From Nitrosopumilus sp. (GTDB taxonomy: Archaea > Thermoproteota > Nitrososphaeria > Nitrososphaerales > Nitrosopumilaceae), in the NCBI GenBank assembly GCA_965206745.1, contig OZ242220.1, positions 192,001 through 256,000 on the forward strand: a DNA stretch of 64,000 nt, given 5' to 3'. Positions 1-10,880 of the stretch are shown here, piece by piece. How positions within the stretch are numbered: position 1 is the first letter of the stretch; every line of letters begins with the position of its first letter. Under the pieces are notes generated by a model, which did not search any database, was not told where the DNA came from, and worked only from the letters and a program-made list of their open reading frames with translations. The position numbers and the translations under genes are program-made.

Positions 1-636
1 GACCTTTACTGCCTCTTTGAACATTGGATTCTCCCTCTCCCAATCCGAGACAGTTGGTGCAAATGAATAGTATAGTGTGTTAAATCCGCTCATAAATGCG
101 GTGCCAGAAGCCGTACTGAACAGTGTATTATCCCTTATCTCTCTGAGCATCTGTACCTGTGGTGCAAGTTCGGTTCCATATGCTGCAGTTGCAATTAGAC
201 ATCCTGGGTCTGGCGGGTCATCCTTTGGAGTTTCTGCATATGCATCACCCACTCTAATTTCAAATGAGGCAGTTTCTGGCGTAATTGGTGCAAATAGTAT
301 GCCTTCAACTGTCAATTCCATGGTGTATATTCCATCTTCAGGAAATTCAACTCTTAGTCCGTTTATCACTCCTTCAGATGTATGAGTGAGAGTTGGAGTC
401 TTGAAGATCGTTTCTTCAGATTTTGAAACCAATATTCTATAATCGACATGAACTTGAGTTTTTTGTGTTGTAGGATTTATGAATTCTATAGGTATCCTGG
501 TTAGTTCGCCTGGCACGATCTTCTCATAAGATATTTTCACATCCAGTGTTTTTTGGTCAGTAGGCAAAGTCTGTGATTCTGCAAATGCTGGAATCATTAA
601 CAATGGAACTAGTAAAAATACAAGCAAAAATTTCAT
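1..636 (-). CDS. Secreted protein with CFI-box-CTERM-like C-terminal domain (runs off window start)
   Basis: Not in the ORF track. Minus-strand ATG at 636 gives MKFLLVFLLVPLLMIPAFAESQ (signal peptide) and later GCLIATAAYGTELAPQVQMLREIRDN, the thaumarchaeal CFI-box motif. Confidence 0.8.
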   Translation of the reverse strand, partial: MKFLLVFLLVPLLMIPAFAESQTLPTDQKTLDVKISYEKIVPGELTRIPIEFINPTTQKTQVHVDYRILVSKSEETIFKTPTLTHTSEGVINGLRVEFPEDGIYTMELTVEGILFAPITPETASFEIRVGDAYAETPKDDPPDPGCLIATAAYGTELAPQVQMLREIRDNTLFSTASGTAFMSGFNTLYYSFAPTVSDWERENPMFKEAVKV

Positions 637-745
637 ACTTTGATTTTGAGAATCGGAAATAAAAATTATCCTCTGATTTCGCACAAAAAATTATCATGCG
701 TAAAAACCCTATATCATCTTTAAATATGGAATTGTCATAACTTCT

Positions 746-2488
746 GTGTTGTATAGCAAGTTTGCATTATTTATTTCGATTATTGGTATTTTCTCAATTA
801 CCGCTATTCTCCCTGATGCCCTTGGTCATGGGTTAGGCGGAGATCAAGCTGAGCCATTATCATTTGATGACATGCTGGTAACTGTACGTACGCAACTGAG
901 TCCATCTGATATTACAGTAGGTGATGTTGATTCTGCCAACATGCAAATTCGTTTCTTTGATACCGTAACTGATAAGAATCTTGACAAAGTCACATACAGA
1001 ATAGAAGTTTGGCAGAGTGGTGAACTCTTGGCTAGAAATTTGTTTTATGACCTGGATGGAACATTGGATGTGAAAATCAAACCAAAGGCTGGCTGCAATG
1101 AAATTAATCTTCACAAATGTTCAATTTACGGCGGTTCAGAGCATGTAAGTGCACCAGGTGCTCTGTTTGTACAGGGAGCAGCCTGTACTGATGATAATCT
1201 GGATATCTGTGCAAGACCCTCAATCACAGGCCCCATCTTTGTAAAAGGCGGATTATACAAGATTAGGGTTGACATAGAGGCAGCCACTAGCCCAAGGACC
1301 GTACTGTCCAGTTTGCTAAGTTATGAGACTTTTGTGAGTGTCGCACAAGAACAGGACTTTTCTTTTCAAACAGCAAACGCTGATGAAGTCCCAGTCACCA
1401 TAAAGACATACTATGATGATGTCGATAACTTTAATTTTGATACATCAGACAACTCTATCTCATTTGACATGCCATTTGATTGGAGCCCTGATTATGTCAA
1501 TCTGGTGCAAGTTGTGCATCAGGAGGTTAGAGTTCCAAAGACGTTTGCACCTTATGCCGACGGTAAGCAGTTCAAGGGCTATGTTAACGGTGTTGAAATT
1601 GGCCAGAAGGCACTAGTCAATGATCCATACGCCTCTGCTGATAGCAACATTGTCCATTTCCTAATCACCAAAAATGAGCTCGAAAAAATTAATGAAACCC
1701 TTGGCCCCTCCAACTTTGATAATCCCAAAATGGACTTGAAGCTGGTTCCATTGGATGAAGCTTCAAAAAGTTCTACCGAATTTTATCTTGTAGACACTTC
1801 AGTTAACCCACCGGCAAAAGTTCCAACGACTGTGAATATTTCTTGGGATGGAAAATATGGCGCAGATCAAGAGATTCCATTTGAATTTGCCTTCTTTAAT
1901 GAAGATAGAAAGCTAATCAAGGACATAAAATATGCCTATGTTGTTTTAGACGAGAATGACAACCAGATAGCACGAAATGAGGGGACTGATACCATGAATC
2001 CCGGAATTGTCTCCATTGAGGGAATAGATGTACAGGAGATCTATATTCCCTCCCAGGGCCAAGTGCGAGTTGACATTCTAGTTTACGGAACCGGACTGGA
2101 TTATGATTCAACCTATGCCGGAATAGGCTCGACAATCATTGAGATTGGTCCGGGTTCTACAACACCGGCACCTGTCAAAACACCGATATTTGACAAAACA
2201 CCGACATCTGAAAAGATACCAATACCTGGCTGGATCCAGACTTCTGCGGGATTCTGGGTGGACGGAGTCTCCTCAGATGACGAGTTCATCAATGCCATCC
2301 AGTACATGATCAAGGAAGGAATAATGGAGATCCCTGCAACAGCTCAGGGTTCTAGCAGTACAAATGAAATCCCTTCCTGGATAAAGTCTACTGTTGGATT
2401 CTGGGTGGACGGAGTCTCCTCAGATGACGAGTTCATCAGTGCCATCCAGTACATGATCAAGGAAGGAATCATGCAGATACAATCATAG
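746..2488 (+). CDS. Secreted Nitrosopumilaceae 'peptidase'-annotated surface protein with two C-terminal IPxWI..GxW repeats
   Basis: Signal peptide ending ALG-HGLGGD; twin [15 protein letters not shown] / [15 protein letters not shown] tails. Catalytic function not supported by the sequence. Confidence 0.75.
   Translation: MLYSKFALFISIIGIFSITAILPDALGHGLGGDQAEPLSFDDMLVTVRTQLSPSDITVGDVDSANMQIRFFDTVTDKNLDKVTYRIEVWQSGELLARNLFYDLDGTLDVKIKPKAGCNEINLHKCSIYGGSEHVSAPGALFVQGAACTDDNLDICARPSITGPIFVKGGLYKIRVDIEAATSPRTVLSSLLSYETFVSVAQEQDFSFQTANADEVPVTIKTYYDDVDNFNFDTSDNSISFDMPFDWSPDYVNLVQVVHQEVRVPKTFAPYADGKQFKGYVNGVEIGQKALVNDPYASADSNIVHFLITKNELEKINETLGPSNFDNPKMDLKLVPLDEASKSSTEFYLVDTSVNPPAKVPTTVNISWDGKYGADQEIPFEFAFFNEDRKLIKDIKYAYVVLDENDNQIARNEGTDTMNPGIVSIEGIDVQEIYIPSQGQVRVDILVYGTGLDYDSTYAGIGSTIIEIGPGSTTPAPVKTPIFDKTPTSEKIPIPGWIQTSAGFWVDGVSSDDEFINAIQYMIKEGIMEIPATAQGSSSTNEIPSWIKSTVGFWVDGVSSDDEFISAIQYMIKEGIMQIQS
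2249..2469 (+). repeat. Near-identical 74-bp direct repeat (2249-2322 and 2396-2469) encoding the two C-terminal modules
   Basis: ggattctgggtggacggagtctcctcagatgacgagttcatca(a/g)tgccatccagtacatgatcaaggaaggaat, one mismatch. Confidence 0.9.
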
Positions 2489-2521
2489 GTTTTTAAATAA
2501 ATTATGTAAAGTGATAATACA

Positions 2522-2728
2522 ATGAAAGACATCAATGACATCCTGCCAAAGGTTCCAAACATGAGATGGGGAGCATTGATGAACAAGGCGCCGACAAACG
2601 ACAAAGTCGAAGAAATGAACAAGATTTTTCCTGCTAATGGCAGATGGCATACAGTTTTTGAGGAGCAGGATCAGATTACAATTGATGGACAACAAGTTCG
2701 AAAGAAAAATCCAGACAAGTGGACATAG
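2522..2728 (+). CDS. Small conserved hypothetical protein (68 aa)
   Basis: ATG ORF in the gap between two same-strand genes; MKDINDILPKVPNMRWGALMN resembles a thaumarchaeal small protein. Confidence 0.65.
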   Translation: MKDINDILPKVPNMRWGALMNKAPTNDKVEEMNKIFPANGRWHTVFEEQDQITIDGQQVRKKNPDKWT

Positions 2729-2729
2729 A

Positions 2730-4286
2730 TTGAAAGGTCTTGCATCTCTCGGATTCTTAATATTTTCAGCCGCATTTGCAGTCACCTTTGATGATGCCTA
2801 CGGACACGGTGTGGGGACTGAAACATTTCCCCCTGTGGACCTAGAGGGGAAGCTTGTCACACTTGAGGTATCGTCATCAAAAAGTGATCCTAACACAAGT
2901 GGCAGCCAACAGATATCAGTCTCATTAATTGACTCTGATTCAAAAATCACCTTGCGCGATGTCACGTTTTTGATTAAATCGTCCCGTGGAGAGCAGTTTC
3001 TTTTTGAGCAAGAGTTCAAAGCAGATAATGGATTCCTGGTCTTTAATTTTGTATCCCAAGATACTGACTCGATAATTCTAGAGGAGGGCGATGATGGGGG
3101 ACTCTTCGGATCCCTGCTGGGACTTGAAAGCAGGCTGGTTCATGTAAAGGGACCCAGGCTTGGCGAGGGCGGATTGTACAAATTGGATGTCAGCGTACTG
3201 ACTGCAGATGGATACTCTGAAAAATTAGACGTGCCTCTAGTTTTCAATGCAGGAATCTCTATTGCCCAAAAATCAACGCATGGCTTTGTTGATCCCAATT
3301 TTGGGGAGCAGAACATCCACGTAGTGACATATTATGATGAGATTTCAGACTTTGAATACGATTCTGGTTCAAAGGAAATCAGTTTTTTCATGCCATTTGA
3401 TTGGAGTCAGTCAAACATCAATCAAACGTCAGTAGTCCATGAGGAGATTGTAATTCCAAAGAGATTCGGCGACCTGCTGGTTTCCGGATTTGTCATGCAT
3501 GTTAATGGGATGCGGCTATCCCCGGACATTGTAAACATTGATGATTTTTCTGCTGACGGAAGGACAGTTCATTTTATAATTTACCAAAAAATATTGCAGA
3601 ATATCTTTGAAAACACCACTAATCAAGACGGCATGAACTTTGTGATCAAGCCGGATCGCGATTACACCCATCTAAGCTCTGTGACTGAAAATGGACAATT
3701 TAAGATCCTTGTATCCTCAGAACCTGAAAGTCTAAAATCCAACTCTGATGCAAAGATACTCTTTGATATAACCGATATCTTCTTGAAAGACAAGCCCGTT
3801 GCCACAAACTATGAATTTTCAATGACACAAGACGGCAGAGTCATCTTTGAGCAAAGTGGAACCAGTTCGGATTCAAGGAATGGCCATAACGTTGCAGAAT
3901 TTGTGATTCCTGACGATGTTTCAGGGATTGTGGATCTGAATTTTAAAAATTTGGATAACAACAATCTTGCAAAGACTGCAATACCTGTTGTTATTGATAG
4001 AAGGATATCCGATGATGATATCTCACTGCCCCAATGGGTTAGGAATAATGCATTATGGTGGTCTCAAGAACAAATAGACGATGATACATTCGTGCAAGGA
4101 ATCCAGTATCTGATTAAAAACAACATTATTTTAATTCCTCAAACTATGCAAGAGACTTTCCAGCTTCAGGAAATTCCCTCTTGGATCAGAGACAATGCCG
4201 CACTGTGGGCAGACGGTCAGATAAATGATGAAGCATTTGTAGAGGGCCTAAAATTTTTAGTCAAAAATCAGATTCTCCATACCTGA
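2730..4286 (+). CDS. Secreted paralogue of 746..2488 with C-terminal WxRNNAxWW repeats
   Basis: Likely TTG start at 2730 (the track start overlaps the upstream gene); signal peptide AYG-HGVG; TYYD..F.MPFDWS core shared with 746..2488. Confidence 0.75.
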   Translation: MKGLASLGFLIFSAAFAVTFDDAYGHGVGTETFPPVDLEGKLVTLEVSSSKSDPNTSGSQQISVSLIDSDSKITLRDVTFLIKSSRGEQFLFEQEFKADNGFLVFNFVSQDTDSIILEEGDDGGLFGSLLGLESRLVHVKGPRLGEGGLYKLDVSVLTADGYSEKLDVPLVFNAGISIAQKSTHGFVDPNFGEQNIHVVTYYDEISDFEYDSGSKEISFFMPFDWSQSNINQTSVVHEEIVIPKRFGDLLVSGFVMHVNGMRLSPDIVNIDDFSADGRTVHFIIYQKILQNIFENTTNQDGMNFVIKPDRDYTHLSSVTENGQFKILVSSEPESLKSNSDAKILFDITDIFLKDKPVATNYEFSMTQDGRVIFEQSGTSSDSRNGHNVAEFVIPDDVSGIVDLNFKNLDNNNLAKTAIPVVIDRRISDDDISLPQWVRNNALWWSQEQIDDDTFVQGIQYLIKNNIILIPQTMQETFQLQEIPSWIRDNAALWADGQINDEAFVEGLKFLVKNQILHT

Positions 4287-4604
4287 TTAATCTTTGTTCG
4301 GTCATTGAAATGCCTTGTGTGGATTTGTGCAATCTACATCTTTTTGATTATACGATGCCCTGACGGTCCGTCACAACTGCATGCATGTGGTTTGGTTGTC
4401 TTTTTTGGCATTTCTGGAATTGTCTAGGGCAAGAATCTTGCCTGTTTGGTGCTTCTCTGGCAAGCATGTTTTCCTTCTAGCGTGCTTATGATACACTGTA
4501 AATGAGCAAGAGCAGATAATGGATAATCTACTTGATGTTGATCCTGGGATAATTGATGTTGTTAGGCAACTGCATCAGGATGGATCAGAAAATCAAATTC
4601 AGAA

Positions 4605-4651
4605 ATGATTGCTTCGAGTTATTTTAATACGTCTAATCTGATAAATTTGCA
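4605..4651 (+). promoter_or_regulatory. Shared leaderless-type promoter of the MORN gene family (gcttcg..TTTAATA ~25-30 nt before the start)
   Basis: Same motif precedes 4652, 29459, 33218, 37020 and, more degenerately, 50923. Confidence 0.55.
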
Positions 4652-7600
4652 GTGGATAGAAATACAATTTTGGCACTCTTTGCAGTGCTGTTTATCGGAA
4701 CAATGATTGCCCCAGCATATGCCGAGTCATCTTCACGGGAACAACTCAAAAACGATACTCTGATAAGCCAGATTCAGTGCAATGAGGAAAAGACTCTCAT
4801 GCAGTCGCCTGTAGGCAAGCCTGTCTGCGTCTTTGATGCCACATCAGAAAGACTAGTTGTACAGGGATGGAGCATTATACAATTGGTCAAGCCGATTGCT
4901 GATTCTCAAGGAATATCTGAGATATCAGGACCAACACCAGAACCTGAAATAACTTATTTTGATAATGGATATAATGAAATTCAATACCATGAAAACGGAA
5001 ATCTCAAATCATCCAAATATTATTATGAGGACGGACAACTAGAAGTAGAAGTTCAATACGATCAAAACGATAATCTCAAATCACACAAATATTATGATAA
5101 GGACGGACAACTAAAAAAAGAATCATACTATGAATACGATCAAAACAGCAATCTCAAATCAGAAAAACATTATGAGAACGGACAACTAGATGAAGAATCA
5201 TACTATGAATACGATCAAAACAGCAATCTCAAATCAGAAAAACATTATGAGAACGGACAACTAGATGAAGAATCACATTATGAATACGATCAAAACGATA
5301 ATCTCAAATCACACAAATATTATGATAAGGACGGACAACTAAAAAAAGAATCATACTATGAATACGATCAAAACAGCAATCTCAAATCAGCAATACAATA
5401 TGATGAGAATGGACAATTAGAAGCAGAAATACAATACCATGAAAACAGCAATCTTAAATCAGAAATACGATATGAGAACGAACAACTAGATTCAGAAATA
5501 CAATACCATGAAAACGGTAATCTCAAATCAAAAATACAGTATGAGGACGGACAACCAATATTCGAATACCACGACCATGAAAACACAAATCGTAAATCAG
5601 AAAAATATTATAAAAACGGACAACTAGCATTAGAATCTCAACATAATGAAAACGGAAATTACATATCATCCCAACGTTATGATGAGGCTGGACAGCTAAA
5701 AAAGGAATCATATTATGAATACCATCAAAACGGAAAGCTCAAATCAGAATTACAGTATGAAAACGGACAGCTAAAATATGAATCTCAACATAATGAAAAC
5801 GGAAATTACATATCATCCCAACGTTATGATGAGGCTGGACAGCTAAAAAAGGAATCATATTATGAATACCATCAAAACGGAAAGCTCAAATCAGAATTAC
5901 AGTATGAAAACGGACAGCTAAAAAAGGAATTATACAATGAATACCATCAAAACAAAAAGCTCAAATCAGAATTACAGTATGAAAACGGACAGCTAAAAAA
6001 GGAATTATACAATGAATACCATCAAAACAAAAAGCTCAAATCAGAATTACAGTATGAAAACGGACAACTAAAATCAAAAATACAGTATGATGAAAACACA
6101 AATCGTAAATCAGACAAATATTATGAGAACGGACAACTAGATTCAGAAATTCAATACCATCAAAATGGAAAGCTCAAATCAAAAAAACAGTATATGGATG
6201 GACAATTAGATTCAGAGATACAGTACCATGCGAACAGAAATCAGCAATTAATATTCAAATATGATGAAAATGGCGTGATAATCCAAGTATCGCAATTTTA
6301 TGAAAACGGAAATATGCAATCTGAATTCAAATATTATGAAGACGGACAACTAAACGAAGAGGTATACTATGAATACCATGAAAACGGCAATCTTAAATCA
6401 AAAATACAGTATGAGAACAAACAACTAGATTCAGAAATACAATACCATGAAAACGGCAATCTCAAATCAGAAATACAATATGAGAACGAACAACTAGATT
6501 CAGAAATACAATACCATGAAAACGGAAATATTCGATCTCAATTCAAATATCATGAAGACGGACAACTAGAATTAGAATCTCAACATAATGAAAACGGAAA
6601 TTACATATCATCCCAACGTTATGATGAGGCTGGACAGCTAAAAAAGGAATTATACTATGAATACCATCAAAACGGCAATCTCAAATCAGAAAAACAGTAT
6701 GAGGACGGACAACTAGAAGCGGAAATACAGTATGATGAAAACGGACATTACGCATCAGAACGATATTATGAAAACGGACAGCTATACGAAGAATCATACT
6801 ATGAATACCATCAAAACGGCAATCTCAAATCAGCAATGAGGTATGAAAACGGACAGCTATACGAAGAATCATACTATGAATACCATCAAAACGGCAATCT
6901 CAAATCAGCAATACAGTATGATGAGAACGAACAATTAAAATCAGAATCTCAACATCACGAAAACACAAATCGTAAATCAGACAAATATTATGAAAACGGA
7001 CAGCTATACGAAGAAGTATACTATGAATACCATGAAAATACAAATCTCAAATCAAAAAAACAATACGAGAATGGACAATTAGAAGTAGTAATACAGTATG
7101 ATGAAAACACAAATCGTAAATCAAAAAAACAATACGAGAATGGACAACTAGAATCAGAATATCAATACCATCAAAACGGCAATCTCAAATCAGAAATACA
7201 GTATGATGATAAGCAATTAGATTCAGAATCTCAACATAATGAAAACAGAAACTACATATCATCCAAACATTATGATGAGGCCGGACAACCATCTGGAGAA
7301 TCATACTATGAATACCATCAAAACGGCAATCTCAAATCAGAAATACAGTATGATGAGAACGAACAATTAAAATCAGAATCTCAACATCATGAAAACACAA
7401 ATCTCAAATCAGAAAAACATTATGAGAACGGACAACTATACGAAGTATACTATGAATACCATCAAAACGGCAATCTCAAATCAGAAAAACATTATGAGAA
7501 CGGACAGCTATACGAAGAAGTATACTATGAATACCATCAAAACGGCAATCTCAAATCAGAAATAGGGTATGAGAACGGACAACTATACGAAATATACCAT

Positions 7601-7735
7601 GAATACCATCAAAACGGCAATCTCAAATCAGAAAAACATTATGAGAACGAACAACTAGAATCAGAATATCAATACCATCAAAACGGCAATCTCAAATCAA
7701 CAATACAGTATGATGAGAATGGACAATTAGAATAA
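4652..7735 (+). CDS. Exported MORN-variant (YwqK-like) repeat protein, 1027 aa
   Basis: Signal peptide (..APAYA-ESS); N-terminal C..GKPVCV..L..QGW module; dozens of Y(H/D)xNG(N/Q)L repeats. Confidence 0.85.
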   Translation: MDRNTILALFAVLFIGTMIAPAYAESSSREQLKNDTLISQIQCNEEKTLMQSPVGKPVCVFDATSERLVVQGWSIIQLVKPIADSQGISEISGPTPEPEITYFDNGYNEIQYHENGNLKSSKYYYEDGQLEVEVQYDQNDNLKSHKYYDKDGQLKKESYYEYDQNSNLKSEKHYENGQLDEESYYEYDQNSNLKSEKHYENGQLDEESHYEYDQNDNLKSHKYYDKDGQLKKESYYEYDQNSNLKSAIQYDENGQLEAEIQYHENSNLKSEIRYENEQLDSEIQYHENGNLKSKIQYEDGQPIFEYHDHENTNRKSEKYYKNGQLALESQHNENGNYISSQRYDEAGQLKKESYYEYHQNGKLKSELQYENGQLKYESQHNENGNYISSQRYDEAGQLKKESYYEYHQNGKLKSELQYENGQLKKELYNEYHQNKKLKSELQYENGQLKKELYNEYHQNKKLKSELQYENGQLKSKIQYDENTNRKSDKYYENGQLDSEIQYHQNGKLKSKKQYMDGQLDSEIQYHANRNQQLIFKYDENGVIIQVSQFYENGNMQSEFKYYEDGQLNEEVYYEYHENGNLKSKIQYENKQLDSEIQYHENGNLKSEIQYENEQLDSEIQYHENGNIRSQFKYHEDGQLELESQHNENGNYISSQRYDEAGQLKKELYYEYHQNGNLKSEKQYEDGQLEAEIQYDENGHYASERYYENGQLYEESYYEYHQNGNLKSAMRYENGQLYEESYYEYHQNGNLKSAIQYDENEQLKSESQHHENTNRKSDKYYENGQLYEEVYYEYHENTNLKSKKQYENGQLEVVIQYDENTNRKSKKQYENGQLESEYQYHQNGNLKSEIQYDDKQLDSESQHNENRNYISSKHYDEAGQPSGESYYEYHQNGNLKSEIQYDENEQLKSESQHHENTNLKSEKHYENGQLYEVYYEYHQNGNLKSEKHYENGQLYEEVYYEYHQNGNLKSEIGYENGQLYEIYHEYHQNGNLKSEKHYENEQLESEYQYHQNGNLKSTIQYDENGQLE

Positions 7736-8136
7736 GAATGACAATATCACAAAAACAGAGATTTTGAACTTGTAAAAGAATATGATGGGAACAAGAAACT
7801 TGAAATCAGACTCGAATTCACATGTACAAATTTAACATCATACAATATTGAGAATCTCCTATACTCTGATGCAGGTTATGACAAGACTCGAATGTTGGAA
7901 AAATTTGATCACTTGGTTATGCAATACAATCAGAATTTTATGATCGCATATGTGATTAAACATCTCAATTCACACTTGATGTCTCTGTTCCATTTCATCC
8001 AGCTCTTTCATTCTAGCATAAATACTAGTTTGTGATGAACCACACTGATGCGTGGGCCCCAAAATTGCCATCCTATTTGTTGTATCTGCCTTATTCGTAT
8101 TTGCATATTCTTTCAGTGTCATGGCTCAGAGTGCAG

Positions 8137-9672
8137 ATGGACAAGGATGGTAAATTGATGCATCTCGTACTTTGCATATTGCTGATATTGGCATTTGTGC
8201 CTGCAGTACATGCTGAATTGCCGGCGTGGGTAATAGATAGTCCCCGTGCTGCAGGCTTTGAGATGCCCGACAAGTTTGACGGATTTGCAGGTGGAGACGG
8301 ATGTCACGGCATAGTTCTACCAAGGGTAGACAGAGCAGCCCAACTTTTAGTCAGTCAGGGAGTAGGTGAGACCCTGATAATGCACGGGGATCAGGTACCG
8401 CATTGGACTACTACATGCAAGTATGCAGACAGGGATTACATTATGACAGAAGCAGATTATAGAACAAGTGATAATGCAGCAAATGGAAATTTTCGGGATC
8501 CATTCACGAGCTTTATGCACATTACTCGCCATCATAACACCAATCCTTTTTCAACAAATCCTTTTGAATATATGGGATCTTATCCTGATGATTGGCGCGG
8601 AAGAATCACAATTCTGACTGATCAGGGATACCGAGGATTCGGCATTAGTACATATGGTGCGATGGTTGTAGTGCCTCACTATAGGCCACTTGATTCGACA
8701 TTAAATCTCAATGTAGAAGGCATACACAGTCCATCTATAGACCTGAAAATTCGTGGTGCACCTAACTTTTTTGAGTTTGATGCACAAAAATATGATGGGG
8801 GCATACTAGTCAACGGCAAAGTCACTCCGATAGGACCGGCAGATCACGAATGGTTGAGTCCATGTTCACGCTGGTCTTCTTCTGCCAACTGCCTTTCAGT
8901 TATGGTAAACATGACAGAACACGGGTGGCCTGAGCTGAGCCATGATGAAATACTGGAGGAGGCATCAGAGTGGTACCATCAGCTGTACGATCAGGACTAT
9001 CTCAAGGAGTACGGGCAGATTCCAGAACCTGACTATGAGTACCATCTACGATACACTAGGCCTGACGCCAAGGGACTGGTGACATATCACAATGCAACAC
9101 TTGAGATAGAGATACCTCTAAAGATGAATGATAACTATACGTATACGAAAAACTATCCTGAAGTGGGATGGTGTCGCGCACCGATGGTCTTGGTTGCAAA
9201 GTCTTCTGAGGATCCGCACGGCGCATGCGTGATGCCAGATACTGCACAGACCCTCATGGACAGAAAATGGGCACAAAAGACACCCGAACTATCTGAGCAG
9301 AAACGCAAAGAGTTTGCCAAAGTTTTGGCATACTATGGACTACAGTATGTGCCCGGTACTGCAGACCCACACGATGCGTTCAGGGCTGCCCTTTTGGGAA
9401 TGCCACATGTAGATGACGTGCATGTTCTTGAGACGACGCCAGGATTCTCGTACAGGGATAAAGACTATGCCTTACATTACGACCGGACCGTGCACTCTCC
9501 AATAAAATATCTCAACGAGCTTACCATACATCCTTTGGGAGCTCACTATCTCTGGAACTCGCCTGAACCAGTAGATGATGAAATAGTATGCATGAAGAAA
9601 ACTAGTAATTACAAATACCCTGATGAGACATGTCCTCCATCTGATCCTGCACTGTTGATATCACGGCGATAA
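8137..9672 (+). CDS. Exported hypothetical protein with internal two-Cys module
   Basis: Hydrophobic signal (LVLCILLILAFVPAVHA); CRAPMVLVAKSSEDPHGACVMPDTAQTLMDRKWA resembles the N-terminal module of the MORN proteins. Confidence 0.7.
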   Translation: MDKDGKLMHLVLCILLILAFVPAVHAELPAWVIDSPRAAGFEMPDKFDGFAGGDGCHGIVLPRVDRAAQLLVSQGVGETLIMHGDQVPHWTTTCKYADRDYIMTEADYRTSDNAANGNFRDPFTSFMHITRHHNTNPFSTNPFEYMGSYPDDWRGRITILTDQGYRGFGISTYGAMVVVPHYRPLDSTLNLNVEGIHSPSIDLKIRGAPNFFEFDAQKYDGGILVNGKVTPIGPADHEWLSPCSRWSSSANCLSVMVNMTEHGWPELSHDEILEEASEWYHQLYDQDYLKEYGQIPEPDYEYHLRYTRPDAKGLVTYHNATLEIEIPLKMNDNYTYTKNYPEVGWCRAPMVLVAKSSEDPHGACVMPDTAQTLMDRKWAQKTPELSEQKRKEFAKVLAYYGLQYVPGTADPHDAFRAALLGMPHVDDVHVLETTPGFSYRDKDYALHYDRTVHSPIKYLNELTIHPLGAHYLWNSPEPVDDEIVCMKKTSNYKYPDETCPPSDPALLISRR

Positions 9673-9878
9673 AAAATAACATCCATATTTTATTGAGATT
9701 TCCAATGCCCCATTGAGTTTTTTCCAAGCTTCTGCTGGGTTTGGATTTATTTGGTGGATGATTCTGGGATATATGGGCACAAAATATAGATCTTGATAAT
9801 TCTCAACAAACAATCTCTGCCAAACATCTGGACTCAAAATTTAGATGGCAGAAAAACATGTCAATCATCCTACTCAGT

Positions 9879-9925
9879 GGCTCTGGTCAAATACGGTGAT
9901 CAGATCACCGTTTGTGAGCAGAGCC
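9879..9925. repeat. 47-bp imperfect palindrome, dispersed repeat copy 1
   Basis: ggctctggtcaaatacggtgatc-a-gatcaccgtttgtgagcagagcc; 20 of 23 arm positions are complementary. Confidence 0.85.
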
Positions 9926-10061
9926 CCTGTCTGCAACTGGCAGATCTTTGAAACCGCCACAGTCAGGTGAAAAATGCAAGAGTCACTCTGATGCCAGTCT
10001 TTCATCCCATCTTTCCAAAAACCGAATATCTTATTATACAATTATCAAAGATAAACCATGA

Positions 10062-10847
10062 TTGATACCTCTAAAAGACGAAAATCCTCATCCTCCCGGC
10101 TTTAGGCCAATAATGACGATTGCATTAATTGCAACAAATGCCGTCGTATTTTTCATTCAGGTGGCAATCACTGGACAGTTCTTTGATTTTTCGATGATAG
10201 ATGAAAATGGGATTCATCCAGATACCATCAGCATGTATTACAATTGGGGTGCCGTTCCAAACTGTGTTACAGGCGCAAGTGAGTCCATTGTAAATTTTGG
10301 CAGGGGCCCTGTTGCATTCTCATGTCCTGATCCATCATACGTATCTTTACTAAGTTCAACTTTCATGCATGGCGGTCTGATGCATTTTGGTGGAAACATG
10401 CTGTTTTTGTGGGTGTTTGGAGATAACATTGAGCAGAAATTTGGAAAATTCAAGTACCTCCTAATCTATCTGAGTTGGGGAATTATAGCCGGACTAGTTC
10501 ACATAGCTGGAGATCCTACCAGTCCAATTCCTGCAGTAGGTGCGTCTGGTGCAATCTCGGGAGTTTTGGGCGCATATCTTGTCATTTTTCCAAGAGCCAA
10601 GATTTTAACACTGATGGGCTATTTCATGATGCATATTCAGGCCAGATGGTTCCTGCCTTTCTGGCTGGTCTTCCAAAACCTGCTTCCCTTTTTCATAGGA
10701 GGGTTTGGTGCGTCAGGTGGCGGCATTGCGTTTCTTGCACACATTGGCGGATTTGTAGTTGGCATAGGAACCGGATACATCTACAAAAAATTGCATAAAC
10801 CTGACTTTACATATGGTACAAGATATGGCTACAGACCAGATTATTGA
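10062..10847 (+). CDS. Rhomboid family intramembrane serine protease
   Basis: FMHGGLMHFGGNM, catalytic GASG, and AHIGG motifs. Confidence 0.95.
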   Translation: MIPLKDENPHPPGFRPIMTIALIATNAVVFFIQVAITGQFFDFSMIDENGIHPDTISMYYNWGAVPNCVTGASESIVNFGRGPVAFSCPDPSYVSLLSSTFMHGGLMHFGGNMLFLWVFGDNIEQKFGKFKYLLIYLSWGIIAGLVHIAGDPTSPIPAVGASGAISGVLGAYLVIFPRAKILTLMGYFMMHIQARWFLPFWLVFQNLLPFFIGGFGASGGGIAFLAHIGGFVVGIGTGYIYKKLHKPDFTYGTRYGYRPDY

Positions 10848-10880
10848 AAGCATAAATCCCCGGCTCTATTTGAAATTTAC

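Noticed and set aside
77-385. Plus-strand 102-aa ORF and the many other short antisense ORFs in the track
   Set aside because: They are shadows of well-supported genes on the opposite strand or in another frame
4652-7735. Toxin-antitoxin system implied by YwqK-like repeats
   Set aside because: The proteins have signal peptides and there is no adjacent recognisable toxin domain
9846-9990. Small Cys-rich pseudogene
   Set aside because: The apparent reading is better explained by the palindromic repeat it overlaps
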